Source of the DNA: Blasia pusilla
Lineage: Eukaryota
Length of the DNA: 64,000 nucleotides
Assembly (NCBI GenBank): GCA_050084515.1
Contig: CM114271.1
Span: 23,808,001-23,872,000, forward strand
Direction of reading: 5' to 3'
How positions within the stretch are numbered: position 1 is the stretch's first letter; each line of letters begins with the position of its first letter. The position numbers were made by a program, and so were the translations under genes. A model generated the notes under the pieces. That model was not told the DNA's origin and searched no databases. It saw only the letters and a program-made list of their open reading frames with translations. This document shows, piece by piece, positions 60,641 through 64,000 of the stretch.

Positions 60641-62156
60641 ATTGTTGAAGCGCTTCACTTGTCTAGCTTGAGGGATCTTCAAATGGTAGACCAAAACTCT
60701 TGTACCCTTGTGGTCTTCTTACCGCAACTAATTTTCAGCAAACTTTTGTTGGTGCAGAGAAAAAGGCGTAACTGCTTTCCGCGTCTCCGAATTCGAAGTT
60801 CGTATCCATGGACATACTAAAGCATGCTGCTCTAAGAGGTGTCGGGGCGTGTAGATTTACATTTGAAGGAGAAAAGGTGCGGTAACTACCTGTGTAAAAA
60901 CAAACTTTATTGAATAACAGTACAAAATTTCAAAACAAGCAACTGTTCCAACGTCTGGAACAGTATTACTTTAGACTATGGCCACTGCTGACACCTCTAT
61001 TATTACATATGGTCTGAGCAAGCATATGTGCTGATAATGGGTGTAGCCAACTTCGATGTAGATTTATCCTTGACCCAAATGTGGACCCATTGTTCAATTG
61101 GAGTAATACATCTCATGAATCTTTGTCCGTGTTGCTGCCCTTGGCACACTCTTTATTCTTTGATTCGTAGTCACATTCTTGATGATCTGATTCGTAAGAA
61201 GCAGCCACTGAATGATCTCTCCTTGAGCCTTGGCCACTATGCCCATGTTGCACACATAGCACCCAGTTACGAGGAAGCCCGATAATGACTCTGTTGTATT
61301 CGTTAGTTCAAGGCTTACGAGATCTCTAGAGGTCATCACAAATCTTCAACGCATAAATACTTCGTGCGAGTCTTGGGAAATTATCATGCATGTGGGTCCC
61401 CGGCCCCTCCAAGAATATGAATGCCTAAAGCTACTCCTTTAAAGGATGTCACTGTGAGGCCCGACTCCACCCGAAACAAGTTCACTCGTAAGTTGGCTCA
61501 CAATGAATTCCTCCGCACCCCCGAAAAAGTTCTCCCGGTAAATTGGCAGTAAACAAAACTTGCACGCGTCTTGGAATCTGCATGCCGCATGAGTGCTTGT
61601 CCTAGCCGCCGTACCTCTCATTTGCACATAGCTGAGACCTTTGCCCCTCGCTGAGAACTGTTGCATCTTAGCACTCATTATCAGCAGAGATCTGAAATGA
61701 CCCAGTTGTTCGTCCTAACGGAGCCCGCTGCCAACCACTTCCATAACCTCGCCGATGCTATCGTCTTAATGATCACGGTGCACATCCGCTGTGCAGATCC
61801 ATGGGAAGAATCGACGGCGACGAACGACTGGACAGGCGCGGTCTGTCGGCTGTCTCCCTGTCGCGAAGGGGAAAAATCCCCCTTACCAAGAAGGCCCCCT
61901 TCTTTCTCCTCGGGGCCGGTTTTGGCCCCTGGAGGTTTTTTTTCCTTTCTATGCCCCCTCATTTGTATCCTGACGGGTTTCCCATCCTATTTTCTATTTA
62001 TTATTATTACCAAGAAACATGGGGAAGGCTGTTTCACTAGAAACTTGTGCTTCTTCACAATAGCCTCTATCCGTACCCGTATCATCTAGATCTCATTTCA
62101 TACATGTGCCCTAAGAAATTCCGTTCCTTACGCACGTCATCATTCCTCTCCTCCGG

Positions 62157-62213
62157 TCTACAAATCCCAAAAGCGGTGGGCGGATCCACAAACCCGCTTT
62201 TGGGATTTGTAGA
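62157..62213. repeat. Perfect 20-bp inverted repeat with a nested alternative pairing
   Basis: tctacaaatcccaaaagcgg (62157-62176) pairs exactly with ccgcttttgggatttgtaga (62194-62213). The spacer region ggatccacaaaccc can also pair with gggatttgtagatcc. Confidence 0.9.
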
Positions 62214-64000
62214 TCCGTCCCTCTGGAAGTTTGTCGGAGGCACATTGCTATCAAATGCATCGGATTCACCCTCGACAACTCGCCATATAATCGTACCGTT
62301 CATCGACTGCCGGCGCTGCCCCATTCCTTGCACTGTCATTCCCCATAGATCCACGGTGTAGTGTAGCCTTCACGCTCCTGAAGATTCCCGCTAATCAATG
62401 CTTTCGTGAACTCTCATCCCGTCCCAACTTCCAACTCCGCCGCTGCTGAGGGTTCCCGGAAGGTTGTTGGGGCATCTTCATGGTTCTATTTTTGTAGGGC
62501 TTTGGATACTTGAGGGACTCTTTGAGTCCCTCTTTGGTTTTTCTGATGTATTTTCATGCAGATTTTTTATGCTTGAACTTTCAACTCATGGAATTCACTT
62601 AGGTTCACAGTTGAGTCTTCATCAAATAGTGTTTTTACTCGGTGGTAGGAAATTTCATGTCATGGGGTTTCGTGGCTCAAAATTTTAATACAATTAGAAG
62701 TCTTACAATTTCTTACACCCAACTTAAAATATTTTCCCATGTCATTTTAAATCCCCTCACCTTCTCGTCGTGCTACCCCACTCCCATCACTTCGAATCAG
62801 GAAGGGAGAATTAGTCCGTAAATTCTTACTAAAATCAATGTCGAGAATTAGGGGTTCATACCTAACATGGAACTCTTTGCATAGCATGGGTAACCTTCCT
62901 AGGCAACCGAAAAAACCCATCTCGCCACTTTATTCTAAGAAGATGAAAAAGAATTCAAGGTTTGGATAAAAAAAACCGAAGAGCCGAACAAGATAAAATA
63001 AGTAATAAACCACACAATTTATTCCTTTGTTCTTCTAAGAAAATTTTCTTCCTATTCTTTTAATATCCACCGGTCATTCCACAATCTTGTAGCCCTAAAC
63101 GCCCCGTTAGATTTGAATACCCATGCCACCGCCTCGAACATTATGGGTTCAAGGGATCATTTGAAAATCACTCCTCTATAATAGATAATAGTATAGATTT
63201 CTGACTGAAGCAATACATCGAACCCATTATATATTTCCCTTCCTTTTAAATACTACTTTTGAATTTTATAATAACAAAGTTCCCTTTCGAGAGATGCCCC
63301 CATCCAGTTCTTTGAAGGATGATGAAAGTCTTGGCATAAATCTACACTCCATATGTATTCTTCCTACTGCCACAATACACAAGATATGTCTCCCTACACT
63401 AACATGGCAGTTGGCACACAATCTATGCCTATTTTAACGCTAAGAAAATGCAATTATAAAAGAATGCCTCGTTGATTAGGTTGTATTGGTGAGGTGGAGA
63501 GTGAACGGCACCATAAGGGACGATAGCTTGTGGATTTATAAACGTACGACAATTGGAAAAAAGTGATGAACCTCAATTAAAACGCATGATGGAAAGAGAT
63601 TTAGGGTCGTCAAAGAATCAAGTATCCTAAGGCTGGCCTGAAAAAAAAGAAAAAGTGGGCACTCCCCCTATCGACTAAACTCACCTACAGCATAGACCAT
63701 TTTTCTTTTTGAAATTTTTGAAATTTTTCGGAACATGATTATTTGTCCCACGTTATAGAAGGGCTCCACCCATTTCGTGTGACGCTTCCAAACCCCATAA
63801 TCTTAAGCGCTCTTACACATAACCGAAACACCTCGTAGCACTTTCACACGAATCATGTGATCAGTTCCAACTATGAATCTTAAAATGAAATCTAAGGTGC
63901 ATGTCAGAAACATCAACACCTCCATCAACATGCCAAGGCCAATGCCACAAGTGGCCTACGTGCTCGTATATGTAGTTTTCCTTTTCGCAAATAAAAAACA

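Overview
Eukaryotic, intron-rich plant genomic DNA. It is probably from a bryophyte or liverwort-like lineage, which is an inference from gene content and style. Three host genes on the + strand could be spliced by hand with GT-AG introns and continuous frames: the 3' part of a plastid rRNA pseudouridine synthase (SVR1-like, 295-2621), a 22-exon EDR2-like PH-START-DUF1336 gene (10582-21118, 768 aa) and a 13-exon glutamine synthetase (56917-60640, 366 aa). Between them (~25-53 kb) is a block of decayed mobile DNA. It holds an internally deleted piggyBac transposase, two Ty3/Gypsy-like gag(-protease) relics, a truncated LINE with a microsatellite tail, a hAT-type MITE with an 8-bp TSD, and three copies of a GC-rich hAT-like element. 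Two unusual pseudogenised loci sit inside this block. One is an intron-containing gene encoding two catalytically degenerate FCP1/NIF (HAD) phosphatase domains followed by a Ulp1/C48-like protease domain (36.8-40.4 kb). The other is an intronless protein kinase plus an unknown coiled-coil gene (49.2-51.6 kb). Perfect or nested fold-back inverted repeats recur at 3.6, 19.9, 35.4, 40.9 and 62.2 kb. All family assignments come from motif recognition by eye; no database search was run.
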